Source of the DNA: Podarcis muralis
Taxonomy: Eukaryota
Length of the DNA stretch: 64,000 nucleotides
NCBI RefSeq assembly: GCF_964188315.1
Contig: NC_135661.1
Coordinates: forward strand, 56,048,001 to 56,112,000
Reading direction: 5' to 3'
Below are positions 18,478-30,900 of the stretch, one piece after another (within the stretch, counting starts at the first letter, position 1; the number at the start of each line of letters is the position of its first letter). The notes under the pieces are model-generated. The model made no database searches, was not told the DNA's origin, and saw only the letters and a program-made list of their open reading frames with translations. The translations under genes and the position numbers were made by a program.

Positions 18478-21400
18478 GTAAGTACCCACCTGCTTGCGGT
18501 CTTGGGCCTCGCTTGGGGTGGGGTGGGGTGGAGAAGCAAACTATTTCTGTGTCACCCAGGCTTGGATCATCATCTTTCTTTTCTCTCTAGAAAATAGAGC
18601 TGATTCAGGGGGTAGCCCAACCTGGCCCCATCTATAGTCCAGTGAAGGGGCACTTGCTTTGCTATTTGCTTTCCTCTGCCCTCCTCCTTCCTTTTTCCTT
18701 TTCTATCATGGCTGTTAGATTGTAAGCATGCAGTCAGGGCATGCAGGCCTTGTTTTTTTAAATATATGTATAGCGCTTATAAAGTTTAAGGCACTTTAAA
18801 AGTGTTAAGTTATCCTCTTCATCTACCAGCAGTTCTCAACTGAGCTCTGGCCTTGCTAGCTAGGGGTGATGGGAGTTGTAGTTCAACAACATCAGGGGAC
18901 CCACAGGTTGAGAAAGGCTGGTAGACTGTCATGGGGGAATCAGCACATGGCACAGCCTGGGATGTACTGTTCCAGAATATAGGTAGATGAACAAAATGCT
19001 TGAATGCCACATTAAAACTCCCTACACTTAAAAACAAACACCAGGAATAAGGTGAAGGTTTGGATCTCTGTCCCTGACGTGTCTTCCTGACATGCTAACT
19101 CTCTATAGGTAGGGATGAATTCATTTTTTAAAATTACTTGTTTTTTACTGCATTTATAACCCATACCTTTCTTCCCATTTTCTCCTCAGAGCAAACCTGT
19201 CAGGTAGGTTAGGCTGAGAGTACCGTAACTGACAGGCTGAAGTAAGCTTTACAGCTGAGCAGGGATTCAAACCTTCATCTCCCAGGTCCTGGTCTAACAC
19301 TGTAACCAGTACATCGCACAGGCTACTACAAGAAGCATTAGATAATGCCATCCTCAGGTGCATTTTGAAGTGATACAGGCCCAGGGAGATTGTACCAAGT
19401 GGCCTGGTCCCCTCATTTATAGAGGACAGTCCTCTGTTTGAAGGGCTATGTAGCATCATCTCCCATTTAGGAGAAGCCACTGAGGTTTGTTTTCCAAATT
19501 GGAAAGCCCCAAATTAGTTAAGGAGGACAACAGTGAACTACTTTGGTGTTAGTGCTTTATGCAAGATGTGGCCTTTGCTTCTGCAGGGTGTCGGGGGGTG
19601 GATGGGGTTCATGGCATGTTTCTGTCAGGGTTCTCTCAGGTCTTTTTTAATCATGATGTTTTTACTTTTGAAAGGGATGGCTCTCATCACCGCACGCATA
19701 CAGACAAGCAAAGGACCGGCACACCAGCCACATAGGGGCTTGTGTTATGTGCACAGATGGACCCCTGGGCTGTCTCTGCCTTAACAGTGCCCTGTCCCTG
19801 CAGCCTCCTTGCCAGAAGTCCTTACCTGAAGTCCTGAACGCAAAGCACAGAACATGGGAAAGCTCTTACTTCACCTCTTTTCTTGCTTCCAGGTTGCGGC
19901 GTCCCTTCGATCCAGCCCGTCCTCACTGGCTACTCCCGCATTGTCAACGGGGAGGAGGCAGTGCCCGGATCATGGCCCTGGCAGGTCTCCCTGCAGGTAA
20001 GAATGCTTGGGAAGGTCTTGGGAGTCTGTTTCATTTCCTCTGTTGGTTTGCACTTCCCCTACCAGTGCTTAACTGGAACTGAAAATAAAATGGCCAAAGG
20101 CCCTTTCTATTGCCACTGCTGCCTGGCTCTGTTCCTGTTGGGTCTCTCACCACCCGCTTTCCTTGGCTTGCCTTGCAGGAGAAGAGCGGGTGGCATTTCT
20201 GCGGTGGGTCCCTCGTCAGCGAGCGCTGGGTGGTGACTGCTGCCCACTGTGGGGTGACGTGAGTACCTTGCCTCCCTTTTCGTGTGGGGATTTTTTTTTA
20301 AATAGATGGATAGGAATCCTGGAGGTTGCAGGGTCAGGATATGCACAGCAAAGGCTAGCAGATGTGTTAGCTACCTGTGGTTAGAGCAAGGGTTAGAGCA
20401 AGGGGCTGAAATATATGTGAGAATTGTAATAAAAAAATTAAGGTGTTATATAATAAATGTTCATAAATGTACCAACCAAGCACGTACATAGATATGTGGA
20501 CCACATGTCTGGAGCAGCACAGGAAGACCGTCCTGAAACCATTTTGACTCCCAAACTGACCAAATATTTTCTCTGCAAGGAGGGAGGGGGTGAGGGAACC
20601 TTCCTGTTGCATCAGGAATTGGGTAATCACCATTTCAAAGGAATGGCCAGACTACTAGGAAAGGGAATCAGATAAACTGGCAGACAGGAAGAACCACATC
20701 ATTCAAATTTCTGTTGTAGATCACCTTTTCTGTGATGTAGATATGATGTTTGTGGGGGGTGGTCTTGGGTTACACCCCATCTGTGATGTATGTATGATGT
20801 ATGGAGGGGTGGTCTTGAGCTCCAGGGATGGGATTTAAAATGTCTAAATAAGGGCAGGCACACCTTTGCTCTGGGTCCTCCTCCGTCCTCCTGAATGTGA
20901 GGGGAGCACCATGTTGCAACAGCTTTAATAAAGATCAGGCTTACTAGCTGCTTTGCTTCTCAATATTCTCTGGTTGGCCTCTGTTATTTTCTCCTACCAA
21001 TAGGGAACCCACTTAAGGACTCCATACGGGCTCTTGGGTTACCCCATAAGGGAAGAAGGGCAGATTTTGTTTACAACAGAATCATAGAACTATAGAATTG
21101 TAGAGTTGGAAGGGACCTCCAAGGGTCATCTAGTTCAACCCCCTGCAATGCAGGAAACACAGCTCAAGAATCCCTGACAAGATGGCCATGCAACCTCTGT
21201 TCCTTCAGCTGGGGCCAACTGACAGCTTTTGCTTGCTTTCCTCAGGACCTCCAACGTCGTGGTGCTTGGTGAACATGACCGCAGCTCCTCTGCCGAGAAA
21301 GTACAGAAGTTGGCTGTTGAGAAGGTGGGTGAAGCAGCTGGAAGGCCCCCTCAGGGTTCCTCCAGATAGCATGTTTACTGGGTATTCATCCAGATTTACT

Positions 21401-24140
21401 TGTGCAAGGTTTAGACAGAGGTCGGGCTTTGTTCAGTCTTTCAGGCACTTAAGTAAATGTTAACCAGCCCTTGAGGGTGTTCAGAAACCAGTACAGCCCA
21501 GAAAATCCAGTTAAGCAGTTTATTGAAAAAAGGAGTTACTTGTAAGGAAGAAGGAGGGTGGCAGGGGAGAGAGAACAATAGCAAGAATGCAGTTCAAACT
21601 TGAAATAAAACACCATACTAGATTCTTGGTTCAACTAATCCTCCACTTAATCCAATACTACAATGAAAATTGGCGCTCTGTGGTCACCACTGGAGGAGGA
21701 ACCTTCTGGCATCTGCTGCAGGTTGGTGAGCGCGCGTGTTTGTGTGTGTGTGTTTTGAGAGGAACAAACCTGAAGGCCGCAGCTCATCTTCAAGGGCTTC
21801 TTATTCATTGGTTCAACAGGCAGACTCCTGCCAATCAGAAGTCGTGTTTGTCAGGTAGAGGGAAAATTACACCTTTTGGGGAGTGGGGAAATGGTTACTA
21901 CAAGATTTCCCCATCTCCCTGCTAGAAAGGCTTAAGCAGTAATCTGTGGACATGTCTGTCTTCTTTCCTTACCCATCTTGGAGGTTGGGTGTTCGTAAAG
22001 AATCAGTTACAATACATTAGGAGGTTCAATGCTATCACTCTAAATAGACTCTGTGTGTGTTAACTGGCTTGCCAGTGCCAGGATGTCTGTGTCATCGACT
22101 GCTTTTGTTAATTAACACAATTATCACTGCCAGCCGTTATCAGCCTGTCACCCTCCACTGACCTCACTGTTTACAACTCCTCTCCCCAAACCATGTGTGT
22201 GTTTAGCCTTGTAGTCAACGAAGGCACACACCACAATATGTTTGTTAGTCTCTGGTCAGATGCATCACTGTATCCTGCTTGCAGCACCCACAATGCCTCT
22301 CTCGCCCACCAGGTCTTCACCCACCCAGAGTGGGACCCTGTTGCCATCAACAACGACATTGCCCTCATCAAGCTGGCCACCCCTGCTGAGATGACCGACA
22401 CTGTGTCCCCCGTGTGCCTGACAGACACTGCTGACCACTTCAAGAGCGGAGACCTTTGTGCCACCTCTGGCTGGGGAAAGACACGCTACAACGGTGGGCC
22501 TGTCGGGGGTCTCGCAGGGGAAGTGCTGGAGGGCATAGGGAGGGATATATAGGGAGCCTTCTGTTTGCCTGGATAGAGTGCAGAGGTGTGTGTGTAAACT
22601 AGCCCACTGTACAAAAGTTAAATCTTTGATTTTTGCACATGTGCCTTTGGCCCTCCCCTTCACTATCATGTGGCCCCCAGAAGGGAACGTGGCCCTGTGT
22701 GTCTGACAAAAGCTCACCGCACCTGCTTGAGCGCAGCTCCCCAAGGCAGCCAGTTCTCTGCCCGTGAGGTGAGCAGCCATTTCAAGTGTCAGTGGGAAAT
22801 CAATTCTTGACCCAAGCTTATTTCAAACCTGGCTTTCTATCTTGTTAGGAGGGAGAGACTTCTGTGGCAGTTGGGAGCTGGGTGTTTTAGGCCACGCAAG
22901 GACGATCCCTCTGTGGGGGTACCTCACTGACAAAGTGCTCCTTGCCAATGTGTGCCTCCCTGTTAGTGACAAGGCAGCTGCTTACAACCAGAGCTCTAAA
23001 TAACTCTGGACCAGGTTACCCGAAAAACCATCTTCTTCTTCACTGTGCTAATGGAACCCAGTTAGTTTTGATTATCGACTTGTGGTAACATGGACTTGGG
23101 TTTTTCAGTGATTTTATAGTTTTAAAGTGCTTAGAAGCCACTTTGGCATCTAAATAAATAAGTAAACGGTGTCTTAGCTACCAGGGTGCAGTAAAGCAGT
23201 AGCAATTGATGACTTGATCCTCTTTCCTGCAGCTTTCACCACCCCCAACAAGCTGCAACAAACAGCCCTACCCCTCCTGTCCAATGAGGAGTGCAAGAAG
23301 TCCTGGGGCAGCAACATCTCTGACCTGATGATCTGCGCTGGTGCAGCCGGATCTTCTTCCTGCATGGTGAGTGCTGCTTGACCCTCTCCCTGCTCCCACA
23401 AAACCCCCAAGCACCCCAGGGAGGGGAAGCCAATTAAATAAGGAGCAAATGGTCACTCATCTCTCAGCTCCACTGAACAGGGAGCAGCAGCAGAAGTGGC
23501 AAGGAGGGATGTGATAATTAAAATTACAGTAGCTCTTATAAAAGCTTCAGGACCACGTTGCCGGTTCACATTGGACTGGTTGGCATGGCAATTTATTTTT
23601 ACTGCAAAAACAAGAATAGCCAGAAATCAGGGTGTGGGGAGGAACCCGCAGGAAGAAGACACAGAAAATACTGAAAATCAACAAAGGGAGTGACCGGGGG
23701 ATTGTGATTCCAGAGATTCCCTCAAACTGAAGGATACACGGTAGGAAAAAGAATATTTGCCAACTCCTCTGTAGTTTCTCCAAGGCATGTGATAGGTGGG
23801 TGTGGGAGAACACAAAACTGCAAACCGACCTTTAGAGAATGTGGGGGGTGAGCATCCCATAAGATTGCCTGGTTCCCTAAAAAAGGGCTAGAGGGAGAAT
23901 TATGTCAGAAGGCCTAGGACACCCTCCCCACCCCATCCCACCTGCCCAAAGTCTAAACTGCCTGCCTTCTGTTTGCAGGGTGATTCTGGCGGACCCCTTG
24001 TGTGCCAGGAAGGCAATGTCTGGAAGTTGGTGGGCATTGTGTCTTGGGGCAGCAGCCGCTGCTCAACCACCACCCCTGCTGTGTATGCCCGCGTCAGCCG
24101 CCTCCGTGCCTGGGCCGACGAAACCATGGCTAATAACTGA
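18426..24140 (+). CDS. CTRB: Chymotrypsinogen B-family gene, copy b (Ala226 type), complete, 263 aa: join(18426..18477,19893..19996,20179..20258,21246..21324,22313..22493,23233..23366,23979..24140)
   Basis: Same exon sizes as copy a. Signal [18 protein letters not shown], propeptide [19 protein letters not shown]. Intact His57/Asp102/Ser195; S189/G216/A226. All junctions GT-AG and in phase. Confidence 0.96.
19893..19996 (+). CDS. CTRB: CTRB-b exon 2
   Basis: cttccag|GT acceptor; CAG|GTAAGA donor; [19 protein letters not shown]. Confidence 0.96.
20179..20258 (+). CDS. CTRB: CTRB-b exon 3 (His57)
   Basis: ccttgcag|GAG acceptor; AC|GTGAGT donor; [24 protein letters not shown]. Confidence 0.96.
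20712..21078 (+). mobile_element. Solo LTR in CTRB-b intron 3
   Basis: TGTTGTA...TACAACA perfect terminal inverted ends; TATA-like TAAATAAGG about 20845; AATAAA 20927-20932; 38-bp U3-type direct repeat; no clean TSD seen. Confidence 0.7.
21246..21324 (+). CDS. CTRB: CTRB-b exon 4
   Basis: ttcctcag|G acceptor; AAG|GTGGGT donor; [12 protein letters not shown]...AVEK. Confidence 0.94.
21458..22117 (-). mobile_element. Possible solo LTR in CTRB-b intron 4
   Basis: TGTTAA...TTAACA ends; minus-strand AATAAA at 21524-21519 about 60 nt from one end; CCAAT motifs about 21810-21835; no TSD. Confidence 0.4.
22313..22493 (+). CDS. CTRB: CTRB-b exon 5 (Asp102)
   Basis: ccaccag|GTC acceptor; G|GTGGGC donor; VFTHPEWD...NNDIALIKL...GWGKTRYN. 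Confidence 0.95.
23233..23366 (+). CDS. CTRB: CTRB-b exon 6
   Basis: ttcctgcag|CT acceptor; ATG|GTGAGT donor; [13 protein letters not shown]...GSSSCM. Confidence 0.95.
23979..24140 (+). CDS. CTRB: CTRB-b exon 7 (Ser195, stop)
   Basis: gtttgcag|GGT acceptor; GDSGGPLVC...[10 protein letters not shown]...MANN then TGA. Confidence 0.96.
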   Translation, partial: GDSGGPLVCQEGNVWKLVGIVSWGSSRCSTTTPAVYARVSRLRAWADETMANN

Positions 24141-24169
24141 GTTTCCGGTGTCACGGGATGAGGCGGATC

Positions 24170-24175
24170 AATAAA
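24170..24175 (+). terminator. Polyadenylation signal of CTRB-b
   Basis: AATAAA about 30 nt after the stop codon. Confidence 0.75.
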
Positions 24176-25261
24176 GGCTGTTCCTCCTTTGAGACTCATC
24201 TCGTGTCCTGTTCTTGCATTGCTCCTGCCACAGAATACATTCTAATCTCAGGCCGGCATGGCCATGCCATTTGCACATGCCCACATCTACACACTGCCCC
24301 AAGCAGTGGCTCAATAGCATGGCTTCCCCTGTGGAACATGATGCCAAGACCCTCCTATGCCAGCGTTGCCCCAGAGAGCAAAATTGATGTGTTTGTGCGT
24401 GTGCATAAGTGTGCAGGCTGTGTGATGGGCCCATCTGGGGGAGTGTGCACATGCTGGCATGTGGCCCTCACAGGGGTGGTGAATCTTCAGTCTGAAAAAG
24501 CTTTGCCATCTGTGCGCCCTACAAATGCCCTGTAGCTGCCTCAGAAGAGCCCCATCAAGAGTTTGGACAAGCCAGAAAAAGCTAAAGAAGACTGGGCGTG
24601 GAGCCTCGTTTAGGAAGAGGTCTCATGCCGAATGAAGCTGAATATTGGAAGATTCAGGACAGATGAAAGGAAGTCTTTCTTCACGCTGTGCATAGTTAAA
24701 CTGTTGAACTCCCCTACACAGGAGGCAGTTATGGCCACCAACTTGGGTGGCCTTCAAATATAGGGGAAGCGCAGTCCAGTGCAGGTGTTCTACCACCCTC
24801 TCAAGTCTATTCAGAAACATAGAAAGCTGCCTTACATAGACTTTAAGATCATTGGGGGCTCCCCTCGATCTCTGGTCGTGGGTCTCCAGTGTTGCAGACA
24901 GGGCTCTTTCTCAGTCCTGAATATTGAACCTGGAGCCTTCTGCATGCATACTGGTTTCTACCATCTAAGTCCCAGAACTGCACCCCCAGCAGCAGTTCTT
25001 GTGGGTGCTCCAGAGGGATGCTGAGAATGGGCAGCTGTGCAATTTCTTATTCAAGTTGGTTGGTCTTAAGGGCTAAGTTCCTGTCCTGTGGTCAGATGGA
25101 GATGCAGTGGTTTTACTAATAGTGGTCAGTGGGCTTATTTCCAGTGAGATTCTTAGACAGCAACCTGGGGGGAAAGTCACACTTGTGCCGAGGCTGAATT
25201 CACAGGCAGAGGTGGCTGCTAACTAATCCAAAAACCCAAGCCAGACCGTGCCACCCAGAAC

Positions 25262-25425
25262 CATAGGAAGCAGCCTTATAGAGTCAAGACCATTGCTCTC
25301 ATCTATATTCAGTGACAGTGACAGGGTTTCAGGCAGGGTTTGCTCCCAGCCCAATCTGGAGGTGTCCAGGATTGAACAAGGGACCTTCTGCATGCAAAGC
25401 AGGGGCTCTGTCACTGAGCTACAGC
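25262..25425 (-). mobile_element. tRNA-derived SINE (Squam3-like)
   Basis: Reverse complement reads TAGCTCAGTGACAGAGC...TTGCATGCAGAAGGTCCCTTGTTCAATCC (A and B boxes); other copies at about 5011-5123, 24814-24970, 28881-29050, 34990-35148, 35725-35875, 41041-41205, 42325-42465, 51200-51340. Confidence 0.65.
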
Positions 25426-26409
25426 CGGCGACTGTGGAAGGCTCTCACATGTCGCAATCCTGTGGGAGTAAACTCCCCGGAAGTCAGTGAAACTTACTTG
25501 TGAGTAAACCTGCATTGGGTTGCACGGGTCCCTTTGCTCCACTCAGGAACAGCAGAGCAGAGAACCCCTTCCAGCTTTCCTTGCTAAGATGTGAACATAT
25601 CTTCCAAATGTGGGGGTGTAAATGGTGATGTATGAGCCCCCAGTTTTTCTACGGCATGTTTAGCTCTTTAACTGATGGCAAAAAGACACACACACACCAA
25701 AACACGCACACACAAAAACCCCCACAGTGTTTTCCCAGTCATTTAGTGGCTTCTCCACTCAAGTTAGTGGGATTCTGGAAGGGGAAAGGGCAAGAGGAGG
25801 AGTTAGAATTAGCTGCTGATAAGGCAGTCAGTCGTCCAGGCTGCCATTGCCCAGACATTTGCCCACCACCCTGTTCTCCAGCCAGGCTCAGCCAATCTAC
25901 TGAGTCTACCTGGGTCTTTGAAAGGAGCAAGGAAGCCAAGTTCAGGGTTGTTGTTTTTTAACCATGATTAAATTTGAAGGTCAAAATAACAGGATCTTAA
26001 GGGCAGGTCCCTACCCAGAAGGTACCAGGCCAGCCAATGTTACAAATGCAAATTGATATTACTCCTGGCCCTGTGGTTACTGCCCAGAGTTAGTGCCTTA
26101 GCATAAAGATGTGATCATTCCAAACACTGAAAAGTGGCAGTTTCTCTATGGAGGCACAGCCTCTCCATGTGCCAGCCCAGGGCAACTAGGAATAACAGAA
26201 TGTGCCTTATACAAATCAGACCACAGGTCCACCTGACTCAGTCTTACCTACAGGGCCCTGCAGCAGCTCCCTGGGGTTTGAGACAAGGGGACACTCCTGG
26301 CCCTACCTTGAGATGCTTCAAGAGAGCAAAGGGAAATGGCAATGAGCAGAGGAAAGAATGAACACCACAGAAGGAGCTTTGCAAAGCCAGGTTTCACTCT
26401 GAGCTGGGT

Positions 26410-26730
26410 GAAAAGGGACTTTCTTTTATCTGTCCTGAAACTCCCAACATTCAGCTTGGCATGGAGTTCTGGCGTCAGGAGAGAGGGAGGGAAGACTTTT
26501 CTCTCTCCACTTTCTCCATGCCATGCATGATTTTACAAACTTCTATCACGCCACCTCTCTCTAGCCTTCTCTCTGAACTAAAGAGGTCCAAATGCTTCGA
26601 CCTTTCTTCACAGGGGAGTCGGTTGGTTTGGCTGCCCTTTTCTGAACCTTCTCCAGCTCTACAATATCCAGAGGCGACCAGAGCCGTACACAGTATTCCA
26701 AATGCGGCCGCAGCCCATAGCTTTGTGTAT
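26410..26730 (-). mobile_element. CR1 fragment
   Basis: CR1-like CTTTTATCTGTCCTGAA...CAGTATTCCAAATGCGGCCGCA; similar to 38100-38745. Confidence 0.6.
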
Positions 26731-26990
26731 TTGCACTGTGACAGTGGCAGTTTACATTTCGTCCAGGCATGGTAGTGAAGCTGGAACGCTCTTCCCTGTT
26801 TTGGACATGCAAAGTTTTAGTCCAAATTGCTGCCTGGTTGACAACCCTAATGAGACACACACATTCTCTCTCTGCTTGTGGAATTGATCACCTTCCTTCT
26901 GTGTCGACTGAACAATCTGGGCAAATTCGTTTGCTGGCATCCCAAGGCTCTTCCACAGATAAGGGCACTGATGTAACTATGGCAAGAGAA

Positions 26991-27016
26991 ACACACACAC
27001 ACACACACACACACAC
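26991..27016. repeat. (AC)13 microsatellite
   Basis: Seen directly. Confidence 0.95.
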
Positions 27017-27061
27017 CGTTCTTTCTCCCATACCCCCCTAATTGCTTGGATTCTATGTCTC

Positions 27062-27067
27062 TTTATT
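27062..27067 (-). terminator. Probable polyadenylation signal of BCAR1
   Basis: First AATAAA on minus strand about 330 nt after stop, followed by a (GT)n GU-rich downstream element at 26991-27016. Confidence 0.6.
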
Positions 27068-27394
27068 TGATTTAAATAGTGCTCATTAGCCAAACCATTT
27101 CAGAATCAAACAGGGTGTGGGGGAGGGGGAAGGATAACTATTTGCCTTCCACCACCTTCTCCCCGGTTGCCATCAGGGCCATCAAGATCCTCCCTTGTGA
27201 ACCACATCAGGCACATGAGAACCACTGGCAGGAAGGTCCATTGTCTGTGGAGCATAGAGGGAGGGGAGGGAGCAGCCAGCCCACCAACCCAGGAGAGTCT
27301 GGATAAGTATTTACAGCCCATTTGCAGTGTTTGGGTGGGTGGGTGTGGATCGTCGGCAGGCCTCCCCCCGCCCCTACGAAGCCAAGGGCGGGCT

Positions 27395-27916
27395 TCACAT
27401 GGCCGCGAGCTGCCCCAGCACCATCCGGAACTGCTGCGTGCTGTTGGCAAGCTCGTGGACCCGTGCCACCATGTCCTGGGCAGCGGCGGGGGAGGGGTAC
27501 TGTAGCGCGGCCACCTTGGTGGTGGCCACAATCTCCTTGAGCATGTCACAAAGCAGGTTGCTGTAGTGGGTGACCTTGTGACGCACGTCCTGGGCCTTGG
27601 CCTGGCGCGAGAGAGTGTCCCCGATGAAGACCAGCTTGTGGGCGCTCAGGATGACGAACTTGCTGTGTGCCACGAAGATCTTAGGGGGCTGGTTGGTGCT
27701 GACGGCCGTGAAAAAGGCGTCCACGGCGTTGGTCAGGGTGGTGAGATTGGCCTCGCACTGCTCCAGGTAGAAGAGGAGCAGCTGCCGGTCGGAGGGGCAG
27801 AGGGAGGCACCGTCCCCGGCCCGCACATGGGCGTAGTGCTGCGGGGGCGTCCAGTTGGACAGGTCGTTGTCGATGGGCCGCGTGACCTCCTGCTCCAGGC
27901 GCTCAAACTGCTTCAG
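27395..27916 (-). CDS. BCAR1: BCAR1 last coding exon (FAT/CCH domain)
   Basis: cttccgcag|CTG acceptor; LKQFERLEQEV...LGQLAAM then TGA. Confidence 0.97.
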   Translation of the reverse strand: MKQFERLEQEVTRPIDNDLSNWTPPQHYAHVRAGDGASLCPSDRQLLLFYLEQCEANLTTLTNAVDAFFTAVSTNQPPKIFVAHSKFVILSAHKLVFIGDTLSRQAKAQDVRHKVTHYSNLLCDMLKEIVATTKVAALQYPSPAAAQDMVARVHELANSTQQFRMVLGQLAAM

Positions 27917-30900
27917 CTGCGGAAGGGGGGGGGAAGCACAGGGTGGTCCGTCAAGCAAGGGTGGGCTGTCGAGGACAAATGGCTCCCCCCCCCCCAGCTT
28001 GTGACAAAATGAGCCAGCTTCCTCCCCGCATGGCTACCTGGGACCTGGGCTTTGCCACTGGGATGTGGTGGCATCCTGGAAGCCACAGATCCACACAACC
28101 CGGCCCTATCATTAGGCAGAGTGAGTATGTAGACTCGGGCAGCAGACTTTTGAAAGCAGTGAATGGGAGGTGAAGGTGGAGAGGCAGGAGTGGAGAGTGC
28201 CACATGGCCTGCCCTGCTTAAGCTACCCTGGCATCCTTTACCATCAGTGGCCACCAAACATTTTTGGGCCACCGCGCCATTTGTTCCATGAACTCATCCC
28301 CCAGTGCCTGCTACCCTGCCAAAAGCATTACAGGCGATGACCATGTTGTGCATGCGCCATTGACATGTGCCTGGCAAAAGCCTTAGTGGTGAGGCTGGAC
28401 CCAGGAAGCCCACCCTACTCACCTGTTGCTGCTCCAGGTGCCCCTTCCCTTGCCGGATGATGTTGCCCCTCTCAAGCAGCTCCTTCTGGGTTTTCTCAAA
28501 CTCTTCCTTTCCCTAGTTGTTTTTTAAAGGGGTGAAAAGGAGGTTAGTGCGGGTGAAACCAGAGAGAGAGACCCACAGCACAAGGAACCCAGTTCATCAG
28601 TGCTAGAGCATCTGCTTGGCATACAGAAGGTTCAGCCCCCGGCACCTTCACTTTGAAAAGGTTCTTGGCCAAGGCATCCAAAAAAGGACTCTTCACCAAC
28701 CAGGCTCCCTCCAGATGTTTTGGAGCTGCAATTTCAATCAACCCCAGTCAGCACATCAGCACATCTGGTGGACACCTGGTTGGTAAGGGCAGGTGTAGGC
28801 AACACTGCACTACCTGGATCAGTGACTTGAGTGCAAAAAGGCATTTCCTACCTGCCCATTTTTCAGCTTTCCACCGCTGGGGAAGGGCCATACCCCAGTG
28901 GTTCAAGCATCTGCCTGGCAGGAGGAAAGTCCCCAGGTTCAAACCTTGACATCTCCAGCAGAAGGCTACCTTGAGAGTCTGGAGCACCAGCACCCATCAA
29001 CAGAGACAGCCCTGAGCAAGACAGCCCCATGATCTGACCTGGCAAAAGGCCACCACAGCCCTGAGAGCCTCTCCCTGGCAGGGACCAGAGGCGGCACTGG
29101 AGGTGGTTGTGTGCAAATTCCAGTGGGGTGAGAGTATTAGTCTGCTGCAGCAAAACCAAACAAGAGTCTTGCAGAAGACGTGACTGGTAGGCACACTCGT
29201 TGGTTGAGCTGAAAGATATTTTATCGTCTGAGGCAAAGAAGACAATGGCAGCTCCTGCTATTCTACATACAAAACTGACTAGACCAGCAGCTGGAACATA
29301 CTTCAGCACTGGTAATGGGGCAGCAGCCTTTACAGCCCCCGAGGGCAGCAAGCCTCTGGGCACATCTGCCTTGGGCAGCTGCCTCACCCTGTCTCATGAA
29401 AGGGCTGGACCAGATTATTTGATTATAAACCTGCAGGCAGGGCCTGTTTTTTTTTGTGCAGGGCCCAAAAATCTTCAGAGGCATTGTATATTAATGGCAA
29501 TACTTAACCTAAGGCAAAGTGGGTGAACAGCAGAGAGAAGAGGGGGCCTTCCTGCTTCTGCCACCTGGGCTACAAAGCCCCTTATCTTTAAAAAAGTCAA
29601 TTTTGGAGGTCTTAATTTTGCTGGTGTTGATATTGACGTATTGTATCCTTGTTTTTAGATCTTATTATGAATTACGTGAGGAAGATTTAATTTTGCTGTT
29701 TACACTTTATGTTTTCATTCACCGCTATATTCTTGCAATGATGTGAACCTTTCCATGTGGTAAGCTGCCTTGAACATGGCTTAACGATGGAAAGGTGGAA
29801 GATATACAGAAGATGATAACGATGGAAAACTTAGCCTGGAGCCAGGCTTTTAAAATATAGAACTATTATATTCTGGTTGGATTTCCCAGGAGTATGTCTT
29901 GGGGGCTGGAACCTAGCAAGGGGTTTGACCCCTGAGGATGATGGGATTTTGGGAACGGATGCAGAGGACCTAGCGAGGCCTGCCCCCCCCCACCTGTCCA
30001 TCTTCCCCCGGTGGTGGCTTGCCCCTTCAGAGGCTCTGTCTGTGTTATGTGTGTGCGCACTCTGCCCTTCCCCCCCACAGCACACCCCTCCTCTTCCCCG
30101 CCGCCCAACCCCACCTGCAGGTGGACGTAGTCATAGTCTTCCATCCAGCCGCCCTCGCTGTTCTCATACTGCCCCTCGGGCGAGTCCTGGGTCAGGAACT
30201 TGGGCGGAGAGGGCAAGGGCCGGGACTGGATGCTGCTTGCCTTGTCAGCCGGGGTGCCGTGGGCGAGGCTGCCATCCCCTCCCAGGGAGGTGGGGGGCAC
30301 CTTGGTCCTCCGGAAGAGCAAGGAGGCGTTCCCGTGCAGGAAGGAGGCCAACTGCTTGGTGTCGTCCGGCACCCCCCGCGAGTACATTACCAGGTGCTCC
30401 AGGTCGTCCGGCGGGGACCCCGGCTTGCCAGCCACCAGGGCGCCGGGGGCCCAGCCACAGGCATCCAGAGCCTGGCTGTGCCGTAGCAGAGCCTGGTACA
30501 CGTCCTCCATCTTCTGCACCTGCTTGCTCAGCTTGGCGTAGAGGGAGCGGTCCGAGGCCTGCGAGGCGCTGCTCACGGCCGCGCGGGCAAACTCCAGCAG
30601 TTCCCGCAGCGCCCCCCGGACGCTCTCGGCCGCCCCCTGGATGCGGGCCGCTTGCACCTCCATCTGCTCGGGGCTGCGCCAGCTGCCGCTGATGAAGGAC
30701 ATGAGGTAGGAGACGGCGGTGCCCACGTTGCCCTGGAGCCGGGCCAGCGTCTCCATGGCAACGTCCTGGTCGAGGTGCAAGTCTCTGTCAGGGGCCTCCT
30801 TGACGGGCACCATGTCCAGGGAGGAGCTGGAGTGGTTGCTGCGGGTGCTGCCCGTGCTGGAGGCCGAGAGGCGCTTGCCGTCACCCGCCTTGCCCTCCCG

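Noticed and set aside
25340-25425. tRNA-like A and B boxes here and at about 9 similar loci
   Set aside because: Degenerate heads fused to a shared non-tRNA body; these are SINEs, not tRNA genes.
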